From assembly GCA_947632395.1 (NCBI GenBank), contig CANRPA010000005.1, positions 1-44,351 of the forward strand: a DNA stretch of 44,351 bases. The letters are read 5' to 3'. Position 1 is the first letter of the stretch, and each line of letters opens with the position of its first letter. Below the pieces are notes generated by a model. It was given only the letters and a program-made list of their open reading frames with translations. It had not been told where the DNA came from and did not search any database. Below, one piece after another: positions 32,920 to 41,749 of this stretch. The position numbers and the translations under genes are program-made. This DNA is from an uncultured Bacilli bacterium. Lineage in GTDB: Bacteria > Bacillota_I > Bacilli_A > RF39 > UBA660.

Positions 32920-33282
32920 ATGGGACTTTTCGGAGGAATAGGAGGAACAACTACAGCAATGAGTAAAGGTGCTTCTGATACAGGAATATCTGATTTAACT
33001 GTAGGTATATCTATATCAGGTATGGAGGCTTACATTCAACAATTAAAAGCAGATTTATTAGATACTTCAATCGAAAAAATTAATGATACATCAAATATGT
33101 TGAATGCAATAAATTCTGGTTGGCAAGGAGCTTCAAGGGATAGATTTATTGAAGATTTTAATGCTGCAAGAGAAGCAATTGCAAACGATTTAAGAGCAGA
33201 GTATAATGATTTGGCTGCAAGATTACAAGAGTTACAAGATAATTATTTTAGACAGGATGATGAATTATATGAAAAATTATAA
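32920..33282 (+). CDS. WXG100-family protein
   Basis: Central WQGAS, C-terminal YFRQD (YxxxD). Confidence 0.8.
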   Translation: MGLFGGIGGTTTAMSKGASDTGISDLTVGISISGMEAYIQQLKADLLDTSIEKINDTSNMLNAINSGWQGASRDRFIEDFNAAREAIANDLRAEYNDLAARLQELQDNYFRQDDELYEKL

Positions 33283-33296
33283 GGAGGTAAGAAATT

Positions 33297-33794
33297 ATGG
33301 CAAATTGGAATGTTGAAAGTTCAAAATCAGGTTGGGCTACGAATTCGATAGTTAATAATTTTAAATCACAAAGAGAGTCTACTAGAAGTGCTGGAATTGG
33401 TTCGGATATGTGGAGCCAGGTTGTTAAAGGTATTTCTAATTTCTTTAGTGGTGGTGGCTATAGTGTTGTTGGTATAAATGCAACTAAAGTTGAAGAAATG
33501 AGAAATGCTATAAGAGAGTATGTTAGAGCTATCCAAGCACATTTAGATGGTATAGATCCAACAACTAATGCTAATGGTGCTTTTAAAGGTGAAGAAATAC
33601 AAAATGCTGTCAGAAGTTACGTAGAAAGATTGAAACAATATTCTAAAGACTTAACATCACAATTACTCGCATTTAGCGATAAGTTAAAAGATGTTGCAGA
33701 TGCATGGGAAGCATATAATAAAAGTATGGCAGAGAATGTTACTTCTACTTCTTCTTCATTTGGTAATAATGGTGCTTATACTGAACAGAAGTAG
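33297..33794 (+). CDS. WXG100-like protein with N-terminal extension
   Basis: AFKGEE turn between long helices; VVGIN motif shared with neighbours. Confidence 0.6.
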   Translation: MANWNVESSKSGWATNSIVNNFKSQRESTRSAGIGSDMWSQVVKGISNFFSGGGYSVVGINATKVEEMRNAIREYVRAIQAHLDGIDPTTNANGAFKGEEIQNAVRSYVERLKQYSKDLTSQLLAFSDKLKDVADAWEAYNKSMAENVTSTSSSFGNNGAYTEQK

Positions 33795-33806
33795 TTGGTT
33801 GCGTTT

Positions 33807-34091
33807 ATGTCGGAATTAGATTTATTAAGCAGTTATAAAAATAAGTATATTCAATTATATAATGACATTAATAGAATAATAACTAATTTGAAATCTGCTA
33901 TTGATATGTTAGATTCTGCTTACAATAATTTTGAAAATTGCTATGTCGTGGATGATTATCCATACAATTCAGATGCAATAAAAAAAATTAAGCAAGAATT
34001 GGTAAATGAAAAAAATGATTTACAAAATAAAGTACTTTATTCAATAAATCTAAAAATTTCAGATTACAATAAAAGAATATCCAATTTATAA
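33807..34091 (+). CDS. Small helical T7SS-associated protein
   Basis: Coiled-coil hairpin pattern; operon context. Confidence 0.5.
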   Translation: MSELDLLSSYKNKYIQLYNDINRIITNLKSAIDMLDSAYNNFENCYVVDDYPYNSDAIKKIKQELVNEKNDLQNKVLYSINLKISDYNKRISNL

Positions 34092-34143
34092 ATCAATAAT
34101 TGATTTTATGCAGTTCACATATATATAAATAATAATCTGCAAG

Positions 34144-34174
34144 AACTAGATTATGAATAATCTAGTTTTATTTT
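34144..34174 (+). terminator. Intra-cluster hairpin or terminator
   Basis: aactagatta-tgaa-taatctagtt perfect stem followed by T-rich tail. Confidence 0.6.
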
Positions 34175-34187
34175 AGGAGGTAACAAA

Positions 34188-34478
34188 TTGATAAAAATTG
34201 ATACAAAAAAAGTCAATGAAAGTGGACATGATTTGATGTTGTTATCTGATGAATTAGGGCAATTAATAGATGAACTTTTTTTAAGGTTAACATGTATGAA
34301 TACTAAGACATTTGAATGGGTAGGTAAAGCAGCGGATGAATATATTAGAAATTTAAAAAATGAAAAAACTGAATATGTTATATTTAAAAATGAGTTACAT
34401 GATTTTGGAAAATATTTAACAGTTGTTGCAAATACATATGAATCAAAAATTGAAAGTTGTAGGTATGATAAAAAATGA
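34188..34478 (+). CDS. WXG100-family protein
   Basis: IKIDT start, central WVGKAA, 96 aa. Confidence 0.8.
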   Translation: MIKIDTKKVNESGHDLMLLSDELGQLIDELFLRLTCMNTKTFEWVGKAADEYIRNLKNEKTEYVIFKNELHDFGKYLTVVANTYESKIESCRYDKK

Positions 34479-34789
34479 CAAAATTACTTTTAAATACTAC
34501 TTTTTTAAAAAAAAATGTTATTGATAAGTTAGATTTATCTATTGATAGTTTACGTCAATGCTATTCTACATCATGTCGTCTTAATGTTCCAGATGATTTT
34601 GAATATCAAAATATGTTAAAATCACTAACTTATGATATTAATAAAATCAAGAATGAGATTTCTAATTTTAAGGATTCAATGGATAATAATGTTATTACAT
34701 ATGATAGGACTGAAGATAGTTTTGTTTCTACTGCTAATAATTTAGGAAAAAATGTTATAAAAAAAAGAACAACATTAATGTTAAAATAG
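34475..34789 (+). CDS. WXG100-like protein
   Basis: VPDDF turn, YDRTE (YxxxE); ATGA overlap with previous gene. Confidence 0.55.
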   Translation: MTKLLLNTTFLKKNVIDKLDLSIDSLRQCYSTSCRLNVPDDFEYQNMLKSLTYDINKIKNEISNFKDSMDNNVITYDRTEDSFVSTANNLGKNVIKKRTTLMLK

Positions 34790-34808
34790 AATAAAAGGTG
34801 GGATGTAA

Positions 34809-35687
34809 ATGTTTACTAAAAAATTTCTTCCAATTGGTACAATATGTAAAATTAATAAAGTCGATTCTTTGGTTATGATTATAGGTTATTTCATGTACAA
34901 ATATAATGATGGTATTGAAAAATATGATTATTCTGTATGTTTATATCCTGAAGGATTATATATGTCATCAAATTTATTTGGTATTAATCATGATGAAATT
35001 ATAGAAATAGTTAAAATTGGCTATATTAATGATAATTTTGAAAGTTTAAATAGTGAATTACATAAATATGAAATGTCTGTGCCTGTTAAGAGTGTTGAAA
35101 ATAAAATAGATATTTTATTTGATGAAAATGGTGTAGTTATAGGTGTAGGTAACGAAAAAATAGATTCATCTAATATTTCTAAAACTGAAAATAATTTGAA
35201 ATTTAATTCAAATGGAGTGGTTTTAGACGATGGAAATAGTACAAAACAAGGATCAAACTTTAAAACTAACTTAAAATTTGATTCAAATGGAGTTATTTTA
35301 GACGATGGAAATAGTACAAAACAAGGATCAAACTTTAAAACTAACCTAAAATTTGATTCAAATGGAGTTATTTTAGACGATGGAAATAGTACAAAACAAG
35401 AATCAAGTCCTAAAACTAATTTAAAATTTAATTCAAATGGAGTAGTTTTAGATGATGAAAATAGTACAAAACAAGAATCAAGTCCTAAAACTAATTTAAA
35501 ATTTAATTCAAATGGAGTAGTTTTAGATGATGAAAATAGTACAAAACAAGAATCAAGTCCTAAAACTAATTTGAAATTTAATTCAAGTGGAGTAGTTTTA
35601 GATGATGAAAATAGCAATAAACAAGAATCAAACTCTAAAACTAACTTAAAATTCGATTCAAATGGATTTGTTGTATCAGAAAATTAG
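34809..35687 (+). CDS. DUF4176 protein with C-terminal tandem repeats
   Basis: FLPIGT, VMIIG, YDY..CLYPEG, NHDEI..IGY. Confidence 0.88.
   Translation: MFTKKFLPIGTICKINKVDSLVMIIGYFMYKYNDGIEKYDYSVCLYPEGLYMSSNLFGINHDEIIEIVKIGYINDNFESLNSELHKYEMSVPVKSVENKIDILFDENGVVIGVGNEKIDSSNISKTENNLKFNSNGVVLDDGNSTKQGSNFKTNLKFDSNGVILDDGNSTKQGSNFKTNLKFDSNGVILDDGNSTKQESSPKTNLKFNSNGVVLDDENSTKQESSPKTNLKFNSNGVVLDDENSTKQESSPKTNLKFNSSGVVLDDENSNKQESNSKTNLKFDSNGFVVSEN
35193..35684 (+). repeat. 75-bp (25-aa) tandem repeat, 6 full units plus 1 partial
   Basis: Units start at 35193, 35268, 35343, 35418, 35493, 35568, 35643. Confidence 0.95.
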
Positions 35688-35803
35688 ATTATACTAAATA
35701 TTAAATAATCTAAATTTTAGACATATTAAATTTTTTGAAACTAATTTAAAAAACATAAAATTAAGTAATCTTATGAAATAAAAATATGAAGGAAATATTT
35801 TAG

Positions 35804-35837
35804 ATAACAACATCTAACTAAATGTTGTTATTTTTTT
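35804..35837 (+). terminator. Terminator ending T7SS cluster
   Basis: ataacaacat / atgttgttat plus T run. Confidence 0.7.
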
Positions 35838-36079
35838 GTTCAATATCAAGTAGTGTTGCTCAAAAAATTTGATATCATATATATATATATATAATAATCA
35901 GCATCAGAAACTTTATGATATAATACACTTGACAAATAAAATATATTATATATAAACATAAAAAGTGTAAAATTTTACATTTTTATAGAAAAAATATTCA
36001 TATTTTTAAAAATAAACATTCATTTTATGATATAATACACTTGAATAGTTATAATAATAAATGAGGGAGAGAGGATATA

Positions 36080-36799
36080 ATGGAGAAGAGAACAGATATA
36101 AAAACTCAGAATGGCACACTTTCAAATATTAATCAAGAAAAAATAGGATCAAAAAAATTTAAATTACAAATTGATGCAAAAAAAATTCTTTCAATTGTAG
36201 CTGCAGGTGCTATTTTTGCTGCTGGGTTTGGATTAGGAAAATCAATGGGTAAAACTGAAAATAAAGTTAATTTAGATCCAAATAAAATTATGGCAACTAT
36301 TGATTATGATGTAAATCCTGGTGATACATTATATGAAATAGTAGATAAATATTATAATGATGATTATGAAGGTTTATATGCATCAAAAGAAAATTTTGTA
36401 AAATCAATTATGGATCAAAATTCGTTAAATAATGATAAAATAATTACAGGTCAAAATTTAACAATTCCAGTAATTATTGATAAAGACAATCCATATTTTC
36501 AAGAAATAATTAGGATACAATCTAAAATAAATGAATTAGAAGAGAGTGCGAAATGGATTAAATATACTGTAAAATTAGATGATAGCTTATCAATTTTAGC
36601 AGGATGGGGTTGTGGAAGGACAGCAAGTGCTGAAGAACAAGAGGAAATACGTGAGCACAATAATTTGCCTTTAAATACTATTTATCCTGGTCAAGAAATT
36701 GAAATAATTAATCCTAAAATAGGTAATTTAAAAATAGAACTTAGAAAAGCACAACAAAATTTTAAAGAGTCTTTAATTAATAATAAAAAAACAAAATAG
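36080..36799 (+). CDS. Membrane-anchored protein with two LysM domains
   Basis: One TM; YDVNPGDTLYEIV...ITGQNLTIP and YTVKLDDSLSILA...IYPGQEIEI. Confidence 0.85.
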   Translation: MEKRTDIKTQNGTLSNINQEKIGSKKFKLQIDAKKILSIVAAGAIFAAGFGLGKSMGKTENKVNLDPNKIMATIDYDVNPGDTLYEIVDKYYNDDYEGLYASKENFVKSIMDQNSLNNDKIITGQNLTIPVIIDKDNPYFQEIIRIQSKINELEESAKWIKYTVKLDDSLSILAGWGCGRTASAEEQEEIREHNNLPLNTIYPGQEIEIINPKIGNLKIELRKAQQNFKESLINNKKTK

Positions 36800-36824
36800 G
36801 TTGCTATTTTGTTTTTAATTTATG

Positions 36825-37394
36825 TTAAACATCTCTTTTATTAAATTTTTTTAAATAATAATTTCTAAGTTCTTTAAATCTAGCATAATGTACTACTTCT
36901 CTTTGTCTTAAAAATGAAAGTGGTGCGAGTAAATCAGGATCATCAGTCATGTTCATTAAATGTTCATAAACAGCTCTAGCTTTTTGTTCTGCAGCCATAT
37001 CTTCAGTTAAATCAGCATGCCAATCACCAGTAGTAGCAAAGTAAGCGGCTGTAAATGGAACTCCATTTGCATCTACAGGGAATAAAGCATGATCATGACC
37101 AACATATTGACCTGTTAATCCATTATCAATTAACTCTTTAACACTTGCACCTTCCATAAGTTGTTTTACCATAGTTGCAATCATTTCTACATGTGCAAGT
37201 TCTTCTGTTCCAATATCATTTAAAAGTGCATAACCTTTTTCATCAGGCATAGTATATCTTTGATTTAAATATCTTAAAGCAGCAGAAAATTCTCCATTTG
37301 AACCACCATATTGTTCTAGAAGTGCTTTTGCCATTTTTAAATCTTTATTTTTAATATTTATAGGATATTCTAATTTTTTTTCATATTTCCACAT
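36825..37394 (-). CDS. cotJC: CotJC manganese catalase-family protein
   Basis: MWKYEKKLEYP, QYGG..GE, DIGTEELAH, REVVH. Confidence 0.95.
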   Translation of the reverse strand: MWKYEKKLEYPINIKNKDLKMAKALLEQYGGSNGEFSAALRYLNQRYTMPDEKGYALLNDIGTEELAHVEMIATMVKQLMEGASVKELIDNGLTGQYVGHDHALFPVDANGVPFTAAYFATTGDWHADLTEDMAAEQKARAVYEHLMNMTDDPDLLAPLSFLRQREVVHYARFKELRNYYLKKFNKRDV

Positions 37395-37403
37395 ATAAAC
37401 CTC

Positions 37404-37859
37404 CTAATTATCCCAAGGCCATGGCATATCGTCCCAAGCCCAAGGATATTTATTTAAACTATCAGAGTTTAAAACAATAGGGCCATATTTAGACTCATAT
37501 TGTTCCATTAAGCCTTCCTTTTGTTTTCTATATTGATTAAATAAATCAATTGCTTTTCTATCATCTGGATAAATATCTAAATAAAGATTTAAATCAACCA
37601 TTGCAAATCCCAAAGCATCTATATCAGTTAAAAGACTTGCTTGTTCATTCATAGGTTTAACATCATATGGAACTTTTATTTTATAAGGATCATATAGGTC
37701 CTTAAATAAGTTTCCTCTAATAAATCCATTATAGGGATCATATAAATTATTACTATCTTCATATGCTTCTTTATATATATTATTGTCTATGTTTTGATTA
37801 AAAAGATTATTATACATATTAGTATAATTGAATTTTCTAAAATCAGGGTAGTTATTCAT
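37404..37859 (-). CDS. cotJB: CotJB with N-terminal CotJA-like domain
   Basis: DLNLYLDIYP, YGPI, W.W...PWPW; N-terminal RGNLFKDLYDPY; ATG 37859 behind GGAGG. Confidence 0.88.
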   Translation of the reverse strand: MNNYPDFRKFNYTNMYNNLFNQNIDNNIYKEAYEDSNNLYDPYNGFIRGNLFKDLYDPYKIKVPYDVKPMNEQASLLTDIDALGFAMVDLNLYLDIYPDDRKAIDLFNQYRKQKEGLMEQYESKYGPIVLNSDSLNKYPWAWDDMPWPWDN

Positions 37860-37990
37860 AATTTTCCTCCTCAATCTATGTTATGAGATTAAACCATATA
37901 TGTATGGGTTAATGTCTACTAGGAAAAAAATAAAAAAAACTATAGACAAAAACACTATAATTTGTTAAAATATATTTCGTAAACGTTTAT

Positions 37991-38067
37991 GGCGAGTATG
38001 GTGAAGGGGTTAACACGGCGGATTGTGGTTCCGTTATGCTAGGGTTCGAATCCCTATACTCGCCCCA
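37991..38067 (+). tRNA. tRNA-His(GTG)
   Basis: 8-bp acceptor stem with G-1 (GGCGAGTA/TACTCGCC), GTG anticodon, TTCGAAT loop, encoded CCA. Confidence 0.97.
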
Positions 38068-39096
38068 TGTTGATTTAAAACTCGTATATTGGCGAGTTTT
38101 TTTATAACGATAAAAGTTAAATAAATAATAAAAAACTTCTTGCTAAACAATACATATTAAAATTTGTTTGATATAATATATGTAGTTAAACCATAATAAA
38201 ATGAGGTGTTATTGTGAATATTGAAAATATACAAAATGTTTTGTTTGAATGTTATTCAAAAGATTTATGTTATCCTAAAGTTCAAAACGAATGGAAGATG
38301 AAAATAAATGCTTTGGAATGTGTGCAATAACATCTCTAATTATTAATGATTATTTTGGTGGAGAATTTGTAAAATTCATGTGGATGGAATTAGTCATTAT
38401 TTTAATTTAGTAGAAGATAAAATTATAGATTTAACTTCAATTCAATTTAATCATGAAATTGATTATAAAGAATATCAAATTATAGATAGACAAAAAATAT
38501 TAACTGCTGATACAAAGACTAGATATCACATACTAAAGTCAAAATTAATTAAAGCATTATTAAAACAGGTAGATGAAAAAGTATATTCTTGTAAATCTTG
38601 TGATAAGTTAGTTGATAAATTTCCTAATGATGAAACAGTATTTCTTGGAAAAGATCAGACAATAGTATTAGTTGGAGAAGCACCTGCAAATAATGGTTGG
38701 AGAAAAAGTCATAAATTATGGTGTGATATAAATGGAAAAGTATTACCTAGTGGAGTTGTATTACAAAAGTTATTTGATATTATTGACAGAAATATTTTTG
38801 AAACTACATTTTTAGAATCAGTTAAGTGCTATCCACTTGAAAGAAAAAATTTAAAAACATGTTCTAGTAATTGTAAAGATATAATGTTAGAACAATTAAA
38901 AATATTAAATCCTAAATTAATCATTACTTTAGGAGAATTTCCAACTAGAAATTTACTTAATTTTAAATTTAATAAGTTTGCCGATGTAGTTGGCAATATA
39001 TATGAAGTTAATGGTTATAAAATATTACCTATTTATCATCCTAGTCCTATATCTCCAAAGAGTTATAAATGTAATGCTCCTATATTTGAAAATTTA
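38062..39096 (+). repeat. Direct repeat copy 1 (tRNA 3' tip, terminator, promoter, yunG-udg)
   Basis: Matches 41750-~42538 at offset 3688 up to the internal deletion. Confidence 0.93.
38077..38103 (+). terminator. tRNA terminator
   Basis: aaaactcg / cgagtttt plus T run. Confidence 0.8.
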
Positions 39097-39120
39097 AGAG
39101 ATTTATTGATAGATATATAG
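38214..39120 (+). pseudogene. YunG-like domain fused to uracil-DNA glycosylase (family 4-like); two frameshifts in the 5' part
   Basis: GTG 38214 behind GAGGTG; GMCAITSLIINDYFGGE and HYFN..IIDLT..QF lie in shifted frames; UDG motifs CKSC, VGEAP, VKCYP, IITLG, YHPS intact in 38380-39120. Confidence 0.72.
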
Positions 39121-39217
39121 TATTTTAAAAATTTATTTAGTATAATATATATAGTTAAAGGGCTAGTACAGACTTTAAAAAAGTTTTGTATTGGCTTTTT
39201 TAGATGCAGGTGATTTA

Positions 39218-39736
39218 ATGAAAAAAATTATATTTTTGAGTGGAATTCATGGTGTTGGTAAGGGATATATTGCAAAGCAAATAAAAAAGGAAATTAATAT
39301 ATCTATATATGAGGCAAGTGATTTAATTCGTTTAAATGGAGTATCAACTGATGAAAAGAAAAAAGTTAATAATGTGAAACTCAATCAAGAGTTATTAATA
39401 AATTCAATAAATAATTTAACGTGTAATGAAACTTTTATATTAAATGGACATACTTGCTTACTAACTTCAGATAATAAAATTGAATCTATAGATATAAGTT
39501 ATTTTAAAAAGATTCATATTATAGGGATCATATCTGTTTACGATGATATTAATATTATAGAAGATAGATTGTATGAGAGGGACAACATTCATTTTGATAA
39601 AATTACATTAAATAATTTACAAAATGCTGAAATTGAAAATACTAAGCAATTATCAGAAAAATTGCGTATTCCGTTATTATTATTTAAAAATGGCAACGAT
39701 ATTAAAAATTTAATTAACTTTATTACCAATTTGTAG
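39218..39736 (+). CDS. P-loop nucleotide kinase (adenylate-kinase-like)
   Basis: FLSGIHGVGKG, ASDLI, NQELL, LNGH, RLYERD lid; ATG 39218. Confidence 0.8.
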   Translation: MKKIIFLSGIHGVGKGYIAKQIKKEINISIYEASDLIRLNGVSTDEKKKVNNVKLNQELLINSINNLTCNETFILNGHTCLLTSDNKIESIDISYFKKIHIIGIISVYDDINIIEDRLYERDNIHFDKITLNNLQNAEIENTKQLSEKLRIPLLLFKNGNDIKNLINFITNL

Positions 39737-39746
39737 GAGGTTTATA

Positions 39747-41237
39747 ATGATAAAAGTATTATTAGATACAAATATAATTGTATATAGAGAAAGCGATAAT
39801 GTTTATAAAGAAAGAATTGGTGAATTATTTAAAATTATTGATAATAACCCAGACATGTATAAGTATATACATCCAATAATTAGACAAGAATTATTACAAA
39901 ATTTTCATAATGAAAAAAGAGATTTGCTACTTGATAGGTTGAGTTCATATAATGTGTTAGATAGCAGTAGAAATGTTGATTATAAATTAAAAATAATTAC
40001 TAATCCTTTAAACAAAACAGATAATGATCAAATAGACGATATAATTTTAAATCAACTTTATATTGGTAAAGTAGATTTTTTAGTTACTGAAGATAAAAAA
40101 ATAAAAGAAAAATCAATCTTACTAGGTATAGGTCATAAAGTAATGAACATTAATGAATTCATTTTTTCAAATAAAACAGAGAAAAGTATAAATCATAGTA
40201 TACTAGATATTTATAAAGTTAAGTTTGGTGATTTAGATATCAATGATTCTTTCTTCGATTCTTTAAAAAATGATTATCCCGGATTTTTAAGTTGGTATGA
40301 AAAAAAGAAACAAGAAGATGTATATTGCTATAAAGAACAAAATAAAATATTGGGATTATTGTTTTTAAAAAACGAAGAACCAGAGTTCGAAGATTACTCT
40401 GATATAAAGCCACCAATGAAGAAAAATAGAAAGTTAAAGATATCAACATTTAAAGTGGAAATCAGTGGTAAAAAAATTGGAGAAAGATTTATGAAAATAA
40501 TATTTGATCAAGCATTATTTTCAATGGTAGATGAAATATATGTCACAATTTATGATAATGATGAGAAAAAAATAAATCTAATAAGATATTTTGAAAAGTT
40601 TGGATTTCAATATTATGGAAAGAAGAATAATGAACTTGTATATGTTAGAAGTATGAGAAAGTTTTTTGACTGTGACTATCCATTAAAGAGCTATCCATAT
40701 TTTAAAAGAAATAATGATACATTTATAATTCCAATAAAGCCAAAATATCATACTTATTTGTTACCAGATTCAATATTACATAGAGAAACATATAATGATA
40801 TTCATATGCCTGTAGAATACGCAATAAATAAGTATTATATTACTAATTGTGGATGGTTAGAGATACCAAAGATTGGAGATAATGTTGTTTTTTACCGTAG
40901 CAAACAAGAAGGGGCTATAGCAAAATACTCTAGTGTTTTAACAACAATTGGAATTGTTACTAATATTTTTATTCCAAGAAATGCACAGGAATTAGTTGAT
41001 AAAGTTTCAGGAAGAACAGTTTATGATGAGAATGAGTTAAGAGCAACTTATAGCAAAAATACTTATGTTATTGAATTTGCTTATATTACAACGTTAGATA
41101 AAAAACTAAATTACGATTTTTGTAAAACAAATGGCATATTAGATGATGCTCCACGCGGAGTTTTGAAAATTGATAATTTAAGATTCCAAAAAATAATTGA
41201 ATTTGGAAAAATTGACACTAGTTTAATTATAAAGTAA
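39747..41237 (+). CDS. PIN + GNAT acetyltransferase + EVE/ASCH-like protein
   Basis: PIN LLDTNI...D...LVTEDK; GNAT LKISTFKV..GKKIGERF, FEKFGF; PUA-like IPIKPKYH...GDNVVFYRS. Confidence 0.75.
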   Translation: MIKVLLDTNIIVYRESDNVYKERIGELFKIIDNNPDMYKYIHPIIRQELLQNFHNEKRDLLLDRLSSYNVLDSSRNVDYKLKIITNPLNKTDNDQIDDIILNQLYIGKVDFLVTEDKKIKEKSILLGIGHKVMNINEFIFSNKTEKSINHSILDIYKVKFGDLDINDSFFDSLKNDYPGFLSWYEKKKQEDVYCYKEQNKILGLLFLKNEEPEFEDYSDIKPPMKKNRKLKISTFKVEISGKKIGERFMKIIFDQALFSMVDEIYVTIYDNDEKKINLIRYFEKFGFQYYGKKNNELVYVRSMRKFFDCDYPLKSYPYFKRNNDTFIIPIKPKYHTYLLPDSILHRETYNDIHMPVEYAINKYYITNCGWLEIPKIGDNVVFYRSKQEGAIAKYSSVLTTIGIVTNIFIPRNAQELVDKVSGRTVYDENELRATYSKNTYVIEFAYITTLDKKLNYDFCKTNGILDDAPRGVLKIDNLRFQKIIEFGKIDTSLIIK

Positions 41238-41291
41238 TACTAAATATAAAAATTATGTTATAATTAATTTATATAATAGGAGGGAATATTT

Positions 41292-41666
41292 ATGTGTAAA
41301 ATTTTAATTTCAATAAAACCTCAATATGTAAATGAGATTTTATCTGGTAGGAAAAAATATGAATATAGGAAAGTAAAAGCTAAAAAGGATAATGTAGATA
41401 AAATGATAGTTTATGCGACAGCCCCCATTATGAAAGTGGTAGCAGAAATAGAAATATTAAATATTTTAGAAGATGCTCCTAATTTAGTTTGGGAGCATAC
41501 AAAAAAGTATTCTGGAATTAGTAAATCTTTCTATGATAAATATTATGAAAATCGTGACATTGCGATTGCTTATCAATTGGGAAAAATAAAAAAATATGAT
41601 GAACCTAAAGAATTAAGTGAGTTAGGAATTTTATATAGCCCACAATCATTTGTTTATATTGATTAA
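41292..41666 (+). CDS. ASCH domain protein
   Basis: ISIKPQY..ILSGRKKYEYRK, YATAP, PQSFVY. Confidence 0.9.
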   Translation: MCKILISIKPQYVNEILSGRKKYEYRKVKAKKDNVDKMIVYATAPIMKVVAEIEILNILEDAPNLVWEHTKKYSGISKSFYDKYYENRDIAIAYQLGKIKKYDEPKELSELGILYSPQSFVYID

Positions 41667-41749
41667 AATTTAAAATAATGTTATACTTAACTCATCAAGT
41701 ATTTATGTAAATACTTTTACTACTTTGGTGCAAAACTCATATTCTTATT

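Noticed and set aside
35021-35617. 198-aa minus-strand repetitive ORF
   Set aside because: It is the mirror of the 75-bp repeat in the DUF4176 gene.
35193-35684. Possible CRISPR array
   Set aside because: No unique spacers, in-frame coding repeat, and no cas genes in the window.
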